Source: Candidatus Bathyarchaeota archaeon
GTDB lineage: Archaea > Thermoproteota > Bathyarchaeia > Bathyarchaeales > Bathycorpusculaceae
Length of the DNA: 64,000 nt
Direction of reading: 5' to 3'
NCBI GenBank assembly: GCA_963815095.1
Contig: CAWFFH010000003.1
Location: 1-64,000, forward strand
Numbering within the stretch: position 1 is the stretch's first letter; the number at the start of each line of letters is the position of its first letter. The position numbers and the translations under genes were made by a program. Under the pieces are notes generated by a model. It searched no databases. It saw only the letters and a program-made list of their open reading frames with translations, and was not told the DNA's origin. Below, piece by piece: positions 1 through 9,148 of the stretch.

Positions 1-353
1 GGTCTTCCAAAAAGTGGGTCCCATAGTATAAGCATTCCGCACCAATATCGCAACCTCATCGAGCGAGAACAAGACAACCTTAGCCCTTGCAATGTACAGT
101 GTATTGGTTTAACCCGAAATTTTTCTAGGAAATTTTCGGATGCGCCTATACAAACGAGCCAAGCGGTTCCCGCATTTAACATTTCTGCCTAAGTGGATTT
201 TCAATGAACGGATTTTAGATCTTTTTGACATGTGCGCTCGATTATCGGGGGTGTCGGTCATTTGCCATTCTAAGGTGTCAAGATCGTTCTTAAGCCTTCA
301 AGCTCCCCATTCCGTTGGGCAAGGCGATAAAACATTGATGGTTAGATCGAACA

Positions 354-704
354 TTATTTTTGAGGTTGAAACAACGGTCGCGGGTCGAACAACACTCTGA
401 TTGAGCTTATTTTACCATTTTGCATTTGATACAATCCGCATGCGAACACAACCACCTGTCGCGCGCTGAAGTTTATATCATAGATAATGCAAACGTCGTT
501 TCTTTCAGAAAACACCTTCTTGGGTCGTATTTTAAGCGGAGAGGCTCAAGTCCTTTGAAATAAGCATCAGCGCCCTCAAGGGGCGATCCATCAGGCGCGT
601 AGAAAGACACATTATCCGTCACGTAACTTCTGGCGGTTATGTAGTCTTGCTCTTGTATAGCCTTCAGAAATGATAAAACTGATTTCTTTTGTATTTGGAT
701 CCAT
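354..704 (-). pseudogene. SnoaL/NTF2-like protein, frameshifted
   Basis: Manual translation across two 1-nt shifts gives MDPNTKE..VLSFLKAIQEQDYITARSYVTDNVSF...DVCIIYD...NGKISSIRVLFDPRPLF*, a typical SnoaL-like pattern. Not in the ORF track. Confidence 0.6.
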
Positions 705-764
705 AAAAATCATGTAATTGTGAATAATTTGGAAGTATATAACTCGCGCGTTTTTTCTTTGGAT

Positions 765-930
765 TTATTCTGCCTTTCTGATTGTTGCCACGCGTTTATT
801 CACAAAGGTTTCCATGCGCCATTCCAGCGTTTCGCATGGCTGGAGTTGGAGGCATTCAGCTATTCCTTCCGGTATTGTTGCTCTCAGGCTCTTTGATTTT
901 GGGCGGGCTATCGATTTTTTTTGATTGCAT
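765..930 (-). pseudogene. AbrB/MazE/SpoVT-family DNA-binding protein, frameshift in A-run
   Basis: Reads MQSKK/SIARPKSKSLRATIPEGIAECLQLQPCETLEWRME, matching the SLRxTIP..IAE.L.L...LEW swapped-hairpin motif. Shift falls in the A8 run near 915-922. Confidence 0.6.
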
Positions 931-1113
931 TTGGCACGCTATAGGAGTCCAAATAGAGTTCCCTGAAGATGACGAATTTGTGTGAAAGGTGGCAAAAAAC
1001 TGCTTAAGAAGTCAGCCAACTAATCGAAAGAGGATTTGAATATATCTGTTCAATTGACAATGCAAAAATGTTCAGAAACGGAAATAATCCCGTAAAAGCA
1101 TAAGGTTCGGAAA

Positions 1114-1143
1114 TGGAGCTGGGGATGGGATTTGAACCGCATG
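1114..1143 (-). repeat. Degenerate att site (tRNA 3'-end/T-arm copy)
   Basis: gagctggggaTGGGATTTGAACCgcatg aligns with tRNA-Leu gtgcagagggTGGGATTTGAACCcacg (10857-10883) in the same orientation, with a 13-bp exact core. Confidence 0.65.
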
Positions 1144-1215
1144 GATTTTCTTTCCCGAAAGAAACTCCAGTTAAAGAAAGGGCTTTACTTTGGTTGTCTT
1201 GGTTTTCCATTTTTA

Positions 1216-1737
1216 TCAAAACTCCAACTCAGGAGCTTGAGTGATTATATGCTGACAATTGGCGTGAAGTGGAACAGTCGGAAATTCCTTAGCTTTTAAC
1301 CCATAGTTCTTGTATATGTTGTCCTGTATATTTTTGATTGAGTGGTTTTTTCCAGCTATCAATCTTAAGCAATCGTCATTATGTTCTAAATCGGTATGTG
1401 GAACAAAGCATTCTTTTTCACCAATAGAAAGAAGATAGTCACCGTATCCAAGCGTGAAGATTTTATTGATTTCTGTTCTTAACGCTCTTAACTGCCAATT
1501 TTTTGTTTGCTTATATGTTTCAGGTGGAATCACTACTTGACTGCAAAGAATGTTTGCATTGTTTAGGTCTATTTGATTATTGAAGAAATCACGCAAGATT
1601 CCTCTAAATTTCTCTAAGCAGTCAGGTGTTAAACAGCTAACAAAACTAAACTCTTCCCTAACTAACCTCTTCAATATATAATGCAGGTTTTGCTCGTCTA
1701 TTATTGACGGAATATCATTGAAACTTTTTTGGTTCAC
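1216..1737 (-). CDS. Phage Mu gpF-like (head morphogenesis family) protein, putative
   Basis: RALRTEINKIFTLG resembles the ARTE motif; C-terminal DCLRLIAG...VPLHANCQH resembles C..L.G...PPxHPNCRC. Confidence 0.45.
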   Translation of the reverse strand: MNQKSFNDIPSIIDEQNLHYILKRLVREEFSFVSCLTPDCLEKFRGILRDFFNNQIDLNNANILCSQVVIPPETYKQTKNWQLRALRTEINKIFTLGYGDYLLSIGEKECFVPHTDLEHNDDCLRLIAGKNHSIKNIQDNIYKNYGLKAKEFPTVPLHANCQHIITQAPELEF

Positions 1738-1895
1738 CTAATTTACCTCATATTATAGGCGTTTTTTGGCTTTTTAAGGCTAATCTTCGAAGCTTTTCGA
1801 CCAAAAAAGCTGATTTTAGGCTCGATTTTTTAATCGTTTACATATAGAGACTTTTTCTTGCTTATTTTTTCAGAATTTATTATTTATCGTTAGCT

Positions 1896-1927
1896 ACCTT
1901 TTCCTTTAGGTAGGTGTACACCCACCT
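1896..1927 (+). repeat. Bipartite site copy 1
   Basis: ACCTTTTCC-TTTAGGT-AGGTGTACACCCACCT; 1907-1928 is also a near-perfect 22-bp palindrome. Confidence 0.8.
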
Positions 1928-2070
1928 ATAACTAATAATTGTAACCAGAGTTTAGAGAAATAAGAAAAAGTAAAATAATTTTAAATATACTAAATAAAGA
2001 ATCTTAGTTAACAGATTGTGAGACAAAGAATTGTTTTTTATGAGACTTTTTTAGTTTAGGAGAATCTCAG

Positions 2071-2102
2071 AGGGGTGGGGTAGTCTAGGCTTAGGAAAAG
2101 GT
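2071..2102 (-). repeat. Bipartite site copy 2 (degenerate right arm)
   Basis: ACCTTTTCC-TAAGCCT-AGACTACCCCACCCCT, starting immediately after the TAG of 2103..2909. Confidence 0.6.
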
Positions 2103-2909
2103 CTATTTATTCAAGTTAGCGGTTTTTCGATGCCTAAGAATTACAGCGGCAGAGAGTATTGCAATCATCAAAGGCAAAATAGCTAACCAAGAAAACTCTG
2201 GAATGGAAGGAGTTGGCGTTGGTGAAGGAGTATTAGTTGGTGATTGTGTGGGATTTGGTGAACTTGTGGCAGAAGTTTCTCCTATGGTTATTGTTTGTGT
2301 GCTACTCCAATCGCTTGATTGACCAGTGAATTCATAGGAAGACCCCATTGCCATTGAAACTCCTTGCCCTGTAATATACCCAATTTGTGCCTGAACTTGA
2401 AACTCCACTGGGTAGCCATTAGGAATTCCCGCAGAGAACGACTTCAAAGCAATCGGCAGGATAGTTTCCCCAGACTTTGAAGCGGAGAAATTTGGAAAAT
2501 AATCGCCCATATTACCCAACCCTCCAAATGTACGTGTGCTGTGTCCCTCTTCAAAGGGGTAATAGTTCCATTGGTCTCCAAAAACGCCTTTGAACCTAAA
2601 ATTATAGTAAAGATTGATAACGTTCCCCACTGAATCATTGTAAGTGGTGAAGGGTTGACTCTTAATGGTGAATACAAGGCTTCTGTCATCCACATGGTAA
2701 CCATTATGCGTTATGACTTGCTGTCCAGTGTATTGGTCTTTTTCATAAGTGGGCGGTACATCATATGAATTATCGATATACTTCATAGTAAATTCTGGTA
2801 CAGATGGTTTAGGTATTGATTGAGCAAATGCAGATTCAACCATTATTAGGCTTGACACTGCCAAGATTACAACAAGAAGCAAAGAGAATGCCTTGCGTGT
2901 ACTGCCCAT
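2103..2909 (-). CDS. Secreted/surface protein with PEF-CTERM-like anchor
   Basis: Signal peptide from MGSTRKAFSLLLVV, SIPKPSVPEFT motif, Pro/Thr/Ser linker, IPEFS + TM helix + basic tail. Start shortened from the ORF track because a zinc-ribbon ORF occupies 2950-3069. Confidence 0.8.
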   Translation of the reverse strand: MGSTRKAFSLLLVVILAVSSLIMVESAFAQSIPKPSVPEFTMKYIDNSYDVPPTYEKDQYTGQQVITHNGYHVDDRSLVFTIKSQPFTTYNDSVGNVINLYYNFRFKGVFGDQWNYYPFEEGHSTRTFGGLGNMGDYFPNFSASKSGETILPIALKSFSAGIPNGYPVEFQVQAQIGYITGQGVSMAMGSSYEFTGQSSDWSSTQTITIGETSATSSPNPTQSPTNTPSPTPTPSIPEFSWLAILPLMIAILSAAVILRHRKTANLNK

Positions 2910-2949
2910 GTTCACTATTAAGAAATAGTAGGAGATAAAAGGCTTATTC

Positions 2950-3069
2950 TCATATGCTTGTTTTGGAACGGATTGTTCCACATGGGCAAACTAAGAAAGC
3001 TGTATCATTGAATATTTCAACAGCGTAGGAAGTTTCTCCGCATTTAGGGCATTTGTCTATGTTTTGCAT
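2950..3069 (-). CDS. Small zinc-ribbon protein (39 aa)
   Basis: MQNIDKCPKCGETSYAVEIFNDTAFLVCPCGTIRSKTSI*, CxxC...CxC, in operon order with upstream element genes. Confidence 0.6.
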   Translation of the reverse strand: MQNIDKCPKCGETSYAVEIFNDTAFLVCPCGTIRSKTSI

Positions 3070-3181
3070 TTTAACTTCTCAAAGACTCAGTTTTAACCGT
3101 TCAACCTCTTCTTTAAGAGAAGAAATTTCACGTTCCATATGGGAAATTTTGGAAAGAAGATTAGGGGATTTTTCCATATGC

Positions 3182-3700
3182 TTACACCAATCTATTTTGC
3201 AGAGAATAATCCCAACTTCCGATGCATTTTCCACTTTTAAATAGCTGAATAAGTTCCTGTTTAGTTAGTTCTTGCGCCTTCCCTTTATCAATTTTAAGGT
3301 AATCCCAATCGGCACTATTGAAAAAGCTATTCGGAAGAGGTGCTTCCATCGTTGTTCCATTATCTAAGTTTCTTAAATACACCGTAACCCAATTAGATTT
3401 TATATTGTCTCGTCTTGGAACATCAAAACTTTTGGTTACTAGTTTAATAAAAGTGTGTTTTCCTTGTTCGGTATTTAATATAGTGTATGTTAACGGAAGA
3501 CTATAGTTTATTACTTGAACGGGGTTTTCAAAGTCAGTTGATTGGATTTCACGTTTCACGTGAATATATACTGTAATCTGCTTCTCGAAATTCCACGCAC
3601 CTAAAGATAGCCGTTCAAATGTTTCTTGGTGACCCTTCATAGTGCTTCTTTCTATGAAATATTCCTCTGTTTCTTCATCATATTTTATTTGTTCACTCAT
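3182..3700 (-). CDS. Hypothetical protein (element)
   Basis: 172-aa ORF, start overlaps the stop of the upstream ORF. Confidence 0.7.
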   Translation of the reverse strand: MSEQIKYDEETEEYFIERSTMKGHQETFERLSLGAWNFEKQITVYIHVKREIQSTDFENPVQVINYSLPLTYTILNTEQGKHTFIKLVTKSFDVPRRDNIKSNWVTVYLRNLDNGTTMEAPLPNSFFNSADWDYLKIDKGKAQELTKQELIQLFKSGKCIGSWDYSLQNRLV

Positions 3701-4242
3701 TAATTTTCAACCTTCTTGAAACTTTTTGGTCGATTTGCTTTTACTACGCTGTTTCCACATCTTTCATATTTGCACATATTACCTTGAAATTCAAAAGTGC
3801 CGCCTTGTTTGAGAGCCTTAGTAACTAATTTTCCATATAGTTCATTGGCAAGTTTGTAATCTACAGCTTGAGGGTTTTCTGCAATTTTTTTAATATAATT
3901 CATAGCTTCCTCTTGTGAAGGAAATTTGGGGTTCATATCCAAAATTGCGCTATCAGCGAAATCAACATTTTTCAAAGTCCAAATTTCTTTAGGCTTTGGT
4001 GCTTCAAGTGGTGGGTTTTCGCCATTCCTATTATATTCGGGAATCTTTTGCCCTATATGGTTGGTTGAACTTTCAAATTTCTCTTTTTCAGACTTTAGTA
4101 ACGCCTTGATTGTCTCTTGCTGTTCGCCTATTTTTTGGTCTCTTTCACTCAGGATTTTCCTCATTTCCTCTAGCTCAGGACTTTTATCCAGAACGATTTT
4201 GAGGGTTGCATTTTTATTTGGGGTTTGTTCGGGATTAGACAT
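3700..4242 (-). CDS. Hypothetical coiled-coil protein (element)
   Basis: 180-aa ORF with an N-terminal coiled-coil stretch, operonic. Confidence 0.7.
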   Translation of the reverse strand: MSNPEQTPNKNATLKIVLDKSPELEEMRKILSERDQKIGEQQETIKALLKSEKEKFESSTNHIGQKIPEYNRNGENPPLEAPKPKEIWTLKNVDFADSAILDMNPKFPSQEEAMNYIKKIAENPQAVDYKLANELYGKLVTKALKQGGTFEFQGNMCKYERCGNSVVKANRPKSFKKVEN

Positions 4243-4248
4243 TTTTAT

Positions 4249-4428
4249 TTATTCCTTTTCCAGCCTAGTTTTTTTGGTTGGCATTACAAATTTATCGGCT
4301 AACTCGTCACAAACCTTATCAAGTGTCGCAAAATCACGGGGTGTATCATCAACAGTATTTACTATGTTACCAGAGTTTTTAGGGGTCTTAAGTTGTATAT
4401 CTTTCAATGTTTCTCTATTTTTTGACAT
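4249..4428 (-). CDS. Small hypothetical protein (59 aa)
   Basis: MSKNRETLKDIQLKTP...TRLEKE*, fills the gap between co-oriented ORFs, GAGG upstream. Confidence 0.55.
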   Translation of the reverse strand: MSKNRETLKDIQLKTPKNSGNIVNTVDDTPRDFATLDKVCDELADKFVMPTKKTRLEKE

Positions 4429-4440
4429 GTTAAAAAACCT

Positions 4441-4695
4441 CTAACTTAGCTTGCCCTGAGCTAATATTGGAGAACCATATACCTGAATTATTATGGTATC
4501 ACCATTTGGATAAACACTGAAAGAAGCATTATCGCCTTTGGTAGCTAAAATTTCGCTTAGGGGAACTGCAATCTGCTCCATGGCAAAACGGCATGAAGGC
4601 AAATAGCATTTTTGCTTAATGACTTGGAGAGCAAAATTCAATCTATCAGAACTATAAAGATGGTTCTGTTCACTTCTCATATATTTTTTCTTCAT
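4441..4695 (-). CDS. Hypothetical protein (element)
   Basis: 84-aa ORF with AGGTG upstream; first gene of a minus-strand operon. Confidence 0.6.
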   Translation of the reverse strand: MKKKYMRSEQNHLYSSDRLNFALQVIKQKCYLPSCRFAMEQIAVPLSEILATKGDNASFSVYPNGDTIIIQVYGSPILAQGKLS

Positions 4696-4835
4696 ATTTA
4701 ATACACCTTATCTGGCATTTTTCACCACTTTCTATATATTTAAATATTTTTGTCAAACTTAACAGTGAAATCAAAAATTGTAACATAATATTCTACAAAA
4801 TAAGTTAAATATATGGGTAGTGGAGAAGAAAGTTA

Positions 4836-4869
4836 AGGTGTGGTGGGGTCACCTATCGCTGGAAAAGGT
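4836..4869 (-). repeat. Bipartite site copy 3
   Basis: ACCTTTTCC-AGCGAT-AGGTGACCCCACCACACCT, 9 nt after the stop of 4879..5133. Confidence 0.7.
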
Positions 4870-4878
4870 GGTTAAGCC

Positions 4879-5133
4879 TTATCCAACAATGGGGTTTGTT
4901 TGTTCGTCATCGTCATCTTGGTCTTCTTCTAGTATTTGTGCTCTAAGTATTCTGCAATCGCCTACGCTTTGTCCACAGTACAGTAGAGCACTCACTAACA
5001 GGTCATTTTCTATAGCTGTCATGAGGGTACTCTCAGCGTCTGAAGCATAGTTATAGTCTTCGCCATCAATTAGAACCAGCTTTTCGTCTGTGTCTAGTCT
5101 AAATACTGTTCCGATTATTCGTTGATAAATCAT
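4879..5133 (-). CDS. Acidic hypothetical protein
   Basis: 84-aa ORF directly downstream of the ATPase, AGGTG upstream. Confidence 0.65.
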   Translation of the reverse strand: MIYQRIIGTVFRLDTDEKLVLIDGEDYNYASDAESTLMTAIENDLLVSALLYCGQSVGDCRILRAQILEEDQDDDDEQTNPIVG

Positions 5134-5145
5134 ACGTTAACACCT

Positions 5146-6678
5146 TTATTCCGAGAGAATGTTTCCATTGCTGGAAAAGGGATTAGTATTGACCTTTTCC
5201 GTCAGTTGGGTGGATAGTGCCAGTCCTGACTGTTTGGTTTCTTTGTGGGTTATTGGATAGTATTTGATTATCACGCCTTCCTTTTCTTCCTTGAGCAATC
5301 CAGCACAGACGAAATTCTTGAGCATTTCACGTAGCCGTTTATCAGAGCAATGGCGTTTCTTGGCGTAGTAGTATACGTTATGAATTTCAGCTATTCTCAA
5401 ACCCATTACTTCTTTGCATTCTGGTTCAATCATTTTCCAGACCGCATATTCTTCAGGTGTCAAGCCTAGTTCATTGCACTTGAGTATGGGTTCGTAGATT
5501 TGTTTGGCAACCTCAATGTCATTAGCATTCACAAAGATGCATGTGCCATCGCTAGTTCTTTCCCTAAATTTGAAATTCAGTAATGCCCAAGCTTCAGCCA
5601 AACCATAAAGCCTTGTGAAATCTCTGTTTGCCTTTGGACCAAGATTCTCGGTTTGTTTTAGGAACCAATCAACTAAGCTCTTTGAGTCTTCTTCTTTAAA
5701 TTGGAATTTCGTAATTCCTGATTTTTGGACTTCGTAAACACGGTCTCTGAGGGCTACTCTTGTAAGTTCTGTTTCATGCCATTTGGGATAGTCAGGGTCG
5801 GTGATTTTGCGTGCCTTCATCTTGATGCCTTCTTGAATCTTTTCTGCGTCATCGTTTGGACTTACCAAAAAGTTTCGACTTGATTCTTGTTCGTCAAGGC
5901 TGAAATTGGTAGATGCGATTAATGCTGTTAGGTAACCTTGGATAAGTACAGTTTTAGTTTTATTCATGCCTTTGTTGTTCTTGTCGGTTATCCAATATTT
6001 TGATACTTTCTCATCATGACTCAGGACGCTTCGTAGGCTTTCAAGTAGTTTAAAGTCTGGTGTATCAAGGAAGACTACAATCTTGTTGGAGAAATCTAGC
6101 AAATATGCACTGTGTCGCATGAGGTCGTACCATTCATCAAATGCTTCCTTGGAGTCTCCTTTTTGGGGAGCTTGGGTTAGGTCTATGGGTTTGAGGTTTC
6201 GTTCATCCACTAGTACAGCATTCGCTTGATGGATGAAGCTTCTAGGGCTTGCTGAACTAATAATTATGATTTTCTCAGGATGTTGAGGGTCAGTGACAAA
6301 CCATAGGCTCTCTTTTATGTTGAGTGTTTTTCCTACACTTGAAGGTCCAGTGAGTATAACGTTTTGTTGTTCTTCTTCTGTCGATGCTAGCAGGTTGACA
6401 AGAAATAGAATTACTTTAACATCATCATCTTTGTAAACCGTTTTGGATAGGACTTTAATCAGGTCGGGATAGGCTAACTCTTTATTCCGTATGCGTTGTA
6501 TGAGGTTTTTCTCTTCTTGGCTTTTTGCGTCTCCTTCTGTTTTCATAGCATTATTTCCCTTTTCGGGAAGTGCTAAATCTTCAATTGGTTGTTGAGGGAG
6601 TGCTTCGGAAGAAACTGAAACAATTGCTTCAGCGATTAACTCCCTATCTTTTGGTTGTTGGTTTAAAGGTTCTGACAT
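5146..6678 (-). CDS. MCM-like AAA+ ATPase/helicase with C-terminal winged helix (putative replication protein)
   Basis: Walker A GPSSVGKT, Walker B-like IVVFLD, ESSR (Arg-finger-like), PKANRDF (sensor-II-like), C-terminal wHTH-like segment. Confidence 0.7.
   Translation of the reverse strand: MSEPLNQQPKDRELIAEAIVSVSSEALPQQPIEDLALPEKGNNAMKTEGDAKSQEEKNLIQRIRNKELAYPDLIKVLSKTVYKDDDVKVILFLVNLLASTEEEQQNVILTGPSSVGKTLNIKESLWFVTDPQHPEKIIIISSASPRSFIHQANAVLVDERNLKPIDLTQAPQKGDSKEAFDEWYDLMRHSAYLLDFSNKIVVFLDTPDFKLLESLRSVLSHDEKVSKYWITDKNNKGMNKTKTVLIQGYLTALIASTNFSLDEQESSRNFLVSPNDDAEKIQEGIKMKARKITDPDYPKWHETELTRVALRDRVYEVQKSGITKFQFKEEDSKSLVDWFLKQTENLGPKANRDFTRLYGLAEAWALLNFKFRERTSDGTCIFVNANDIEVAKQIYEPILKCNELGLTPEEYAVWKMIEPECKEVMGLRIAEIHNVYYYAKKRHCSDKRLREMLKNFVCAGLLKEEKEGVIIKYYPITHKETKQSGLALSTQLTEKVNTNPFSSNGNILSE
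5192..5221 (+). repeat. Bipartite site copy 4 (inside ATPase C-terminal tail)
   Basis: ACCTTTTCC-GTCAGTT-GGGTGGATAGTGCC, closest to the copy at 9024. Confidence 0.6.
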
Positions 6679-6756
6679 ATTTTATCGAAATAATATATAT
6701 GCAACCAAGCATATGTGGTCTATAGAATAGACTAAGACTAAAAAATAGGTTTAACC

Positions 6757-7596
6757 ATGCGGAAAAGCAGATTAGTGCAAGTATCACCAACGGATGAAAT
6801 ATGTCGCAATGATATTCTGGTGCTATTATATGCTAAACAATTGAGATTTGGCGAAATTTTGTCACATTTGGTTGAGGACTATTTTATTCGTGCTCAAGGT
6901 AAAGCAGAAGATGACGGCAAACAGAAACCAAGTAAACCAGAGAGATTCTATGCCAAACAGACCGTTAATGTAAACCTGAAACATCTTAGGGACGAAAAAA
7001 AATTTATTGATTATACCAAAAAGTCTGCAAAATATGGAAGTACTAGACCCCCATATGGCTTAACAACAAAAGGTATGCAAGAAGCAAAAAAACAGGTTCT
7101 AATAAATGGTTTAAGGCTTCTATCGCCTTCAGTCTTGAACGACTATATTCTTCATACAAAAATTAGAGTTGTTGGGAAATGGTTTAGGGAACAAGAATCA
7201 GGATATGATATGAAGAGTATGGATGAAGTAATACCGATTGATTTTGAATTTAGAGGTATTAGGCATAACGAAAAGGCTAAAAAACTCATACAATCAATTG
7301 AGCAAGAACTTTTAGAAATCGGTTATTCAACCGATGAGATATACAAACTATGGTTTTTGCAGCAAGGAGAAGGAATATTCGGGGTCTTGGAATGCTTTGG
7401 TTCTAAAGACTTTTTTGCGGAGTTGCCGTTTAAATTTAAGAACCAAGAAATTGATGAATGGAAAAAAGAGTACCTGAATAAACACATTCAAGAGGCTTTT
7501 GAGAACTATGACTATGGAATGCTTCCTCATATTCTTAGAGAAGACAACGATGACCATGTGAGAGAGTTTAATGAAAAACATAGTAGAAGAAAGTAA
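6757..7596 (+). CDS. Winged-helix DNA-binding protein, divergent from the ATPase
   Basis: ILVLL..LRFGEI..QTVNVNLKHL..FI...YGLTTKG is a wHTH pattern; 78-bp divergent intergenic region. Confidence 0.6.
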   Translation: MRKSRLVQVSPTDEICRNDILVLLYAKQLRFGEILSHLVEDYFIRAQGKAEDDGKQKPSKPERFYAKQTVNVNLKHLRDEKKFIDYTKKSAKYGSTRPPYGLTTKGMQEAKKQVLINGLRLLSPSVLNDYILHTKIRVVGKWFREQESGYDMKSMDEVIPIDFEFRGIRHNEKAKKLIQSIEQELLEIGYSTDEIYKLWFLQQGEGIFGVLECFGSKDFFAELPFKFKNQEIDEWKKEYLNKHIQEAFENYDYGMLPHILREDNDDHVREFNEKHSRRK

Positions 7597-7597
7597 T

Positions 7598-7627
7598 ACC
7601 TTTTTCCGTGACAGGATGTACCCACCT
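7598..7627 (+). repeat. Bipartite site copy 5
   Basis: ACCTTTTTC-CGTGACA-GGATGTACCCACCT, 1 nt after the TAA of 6757..7596. Confidence 0.75.
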
Positions 7628-7721
7628 TCTTTTTGTCAAGAAACGTTGACTAAACAAGTGCCACTTAGTCAAGAAACCTATACAAAAAACCTTTAACCGT
7701 TATAGTTTAATAACAGATGGT

Positions 7722-8633
7722 ATGAGAAAAGGGGCTATTGCTTCAATTATTCTTATAATTGCCTTACTACCCTTACTGACAGTCGCTAATCTTCAAATGG
7801 CAAGTGGAAATCCAACCTACATATGGGATTACCCTGTGAATGGTGGAGTGGTAGCTCCAGACAACCAGACAAAACCACCAACAATTCAATTCTATAGTGA
7901 AAACAACTCAAAGAGTCACACTAACTACCTTTCAATACCAAGTACCATAAGCGTTGGCGATTCAAGCACCACCCAATTCAGAATACTTGAAGAAATATAC
8001 TATCAAACGGATTGGCTATCAAGTAATACTACTATTTACAAGTTTATTGTATCAATTTACAATAGCTCAAATTATAAACCACCTAACCCCACAATAACTC
8101 AATTATCAGCGACAATTAACCTAACCGATGTCCCTGAAGGACCTCACAAAATAACCCTTTATGCCAACGAAACTGGCTATTATAGAAGCCCAAAATATAT
8201 CTCAAGTGTTAATTACACTTTCAATCTTGACTATGGTTTTAGTATTATAGGTGCATCAACACTGAATTTCACTGTAGACACGATTGCTCCTGTTATCTCA
8301 TCAATTTCAATCGAAAACAAAACTTACTATTCGGCTGATCTTCCCCTAAGTTTTATGGTAGACGATAAAACCTCTCAACTTCAATATAGCATAGATAATC
8401 AAAGCAATGTCACTTTAACTTCAAACACTACAATAGTAGGCTTGACAGATGGTAGCCATACGGTCACTGTTTATGCCATTGACAGTTTTGGTAATGTTGG
8501 TATTCAAGCAGTTACTTTTACAGTCACACCCTTTCCAATCGCAATAGCAGTTGCTTCTGCCATTGTATTGGTGGTCGGAATTAGTATTGTTTTATTTCTT
8601 ATCAAAAGGCATCGAAGTCAAAAACCAGCTTAG
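7722..8633 (+). CDS. Secreted Ig-like-domain surface protein with C-terminal TM anchor
   Basis: Signal peptide, two Ig-like repeats (LPEG.H.ITLYA / LTDGSHTVTVYA.D..GN), VDT.AP linker, TM + basic tail. Confidence 0.8.
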   Translation: MRKGAIASIILIIALLPLLTVANLQMASGNPTYIWDYPVNGGVVAPDNQTKPPTIQFYSENNSKSHTNYLSIPSTISVGDSSTTQFRILEEIYYQTDWLSSNTTIYKFIVSIYNSSNYKPPNPTITQLSATINLTDVPEGPHKITLYANETGYYRSPKYISSVNYTFNLDYGFSIIGASTLNFTVDTIAPVISSISIENKTYYSADLPLSFMVDDKTSQLQYSIDNQSNVTLTSNTTIVGLTDGSHTVTVYAIDSFGNVGIQAVTFTVTPFPIAIAVASAIVLVVGISIVLFLIKRHRSQKPA

Positions 8634-8745
8634 ACTAAGATAACTCCCCTTATGGAACGGCTAAGTGTTTTGCATCAAAGCTGGTTGTTGCACTACTTTT
8701 GATTTTCAAACTTAGGCATCGAAAGATTTCTAATTTGAATGAATG

Positions 8746-8776
8746 ACCTTTTCCCACGGTTGGGTGTACCTACCCT
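8746..8776 (+). repeat. Bipartite site copy 6
   Basis: ACCTTTTCC-CACGGTT-GGGTGTACCTACCCT. Confidence 0.8.
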
Positions 8777-9023
8777 CCTTAACATCCATAAATCATCGAC
8801 CAACATTTTAGCCATGGGCTGCCCGAAATTTTTCGAAGTGGTGCTTGACTAGGCAGGGGATTATAATTGCTAATTGACGGGAGTTAGCTTGCAGAATACC
8901 CAAAAACATCTACACAAGTCTAAACTGGTAAATGAATTTGATAAAAATATTTGCAAACATCCATACCAAACCCAACCCAAAACCCCAACCACGCCAACGA
9001 TGATGTGTTGAGAGTATTGTTTG

Positions 9024-9055
9024 ACCTTTTCACGGGCTTGGGTGTATAGTCCCCT
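9024..9055 (+). repeat. Bipartite site copy 7
   Basis: ACCTTTTCA-CGGGCTT-GGGTGTATAGTCCCCT. Confidence 0.75.
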
Positions 9056-9148
9056 TGTCACGGTTAGGATATTGATTCATTGATAACTCGGTAGTAACTT
9101 TTCTAAACTTATTAATAATTAGAAATCTCTATTCTTGAATGATTTAAG

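Noticed and set aside
1-350. Possible methyltransferase fragment (DIGA..YYG) at the window edge
   Set aside because: Too fragmented and truncated to support.
140-985. Plus-strand ORFs 140..400 and 782..985
   Set aside because: 782..985 is antisense to the AbrB-like gene. 140..400 has no recognisable motif and overlaps the SnoaL 3' end.
4253-4270. Extra motif copy TCCTTTTCCAGCC
   Set aside because: Left arm only, explained by the coding sequence LEKE*.
3926-4444. 172-aa plus-strand ORF and similar long antisense ORFs in the track
   Set aside because: Shadows of better-supported opposite-strand genes.
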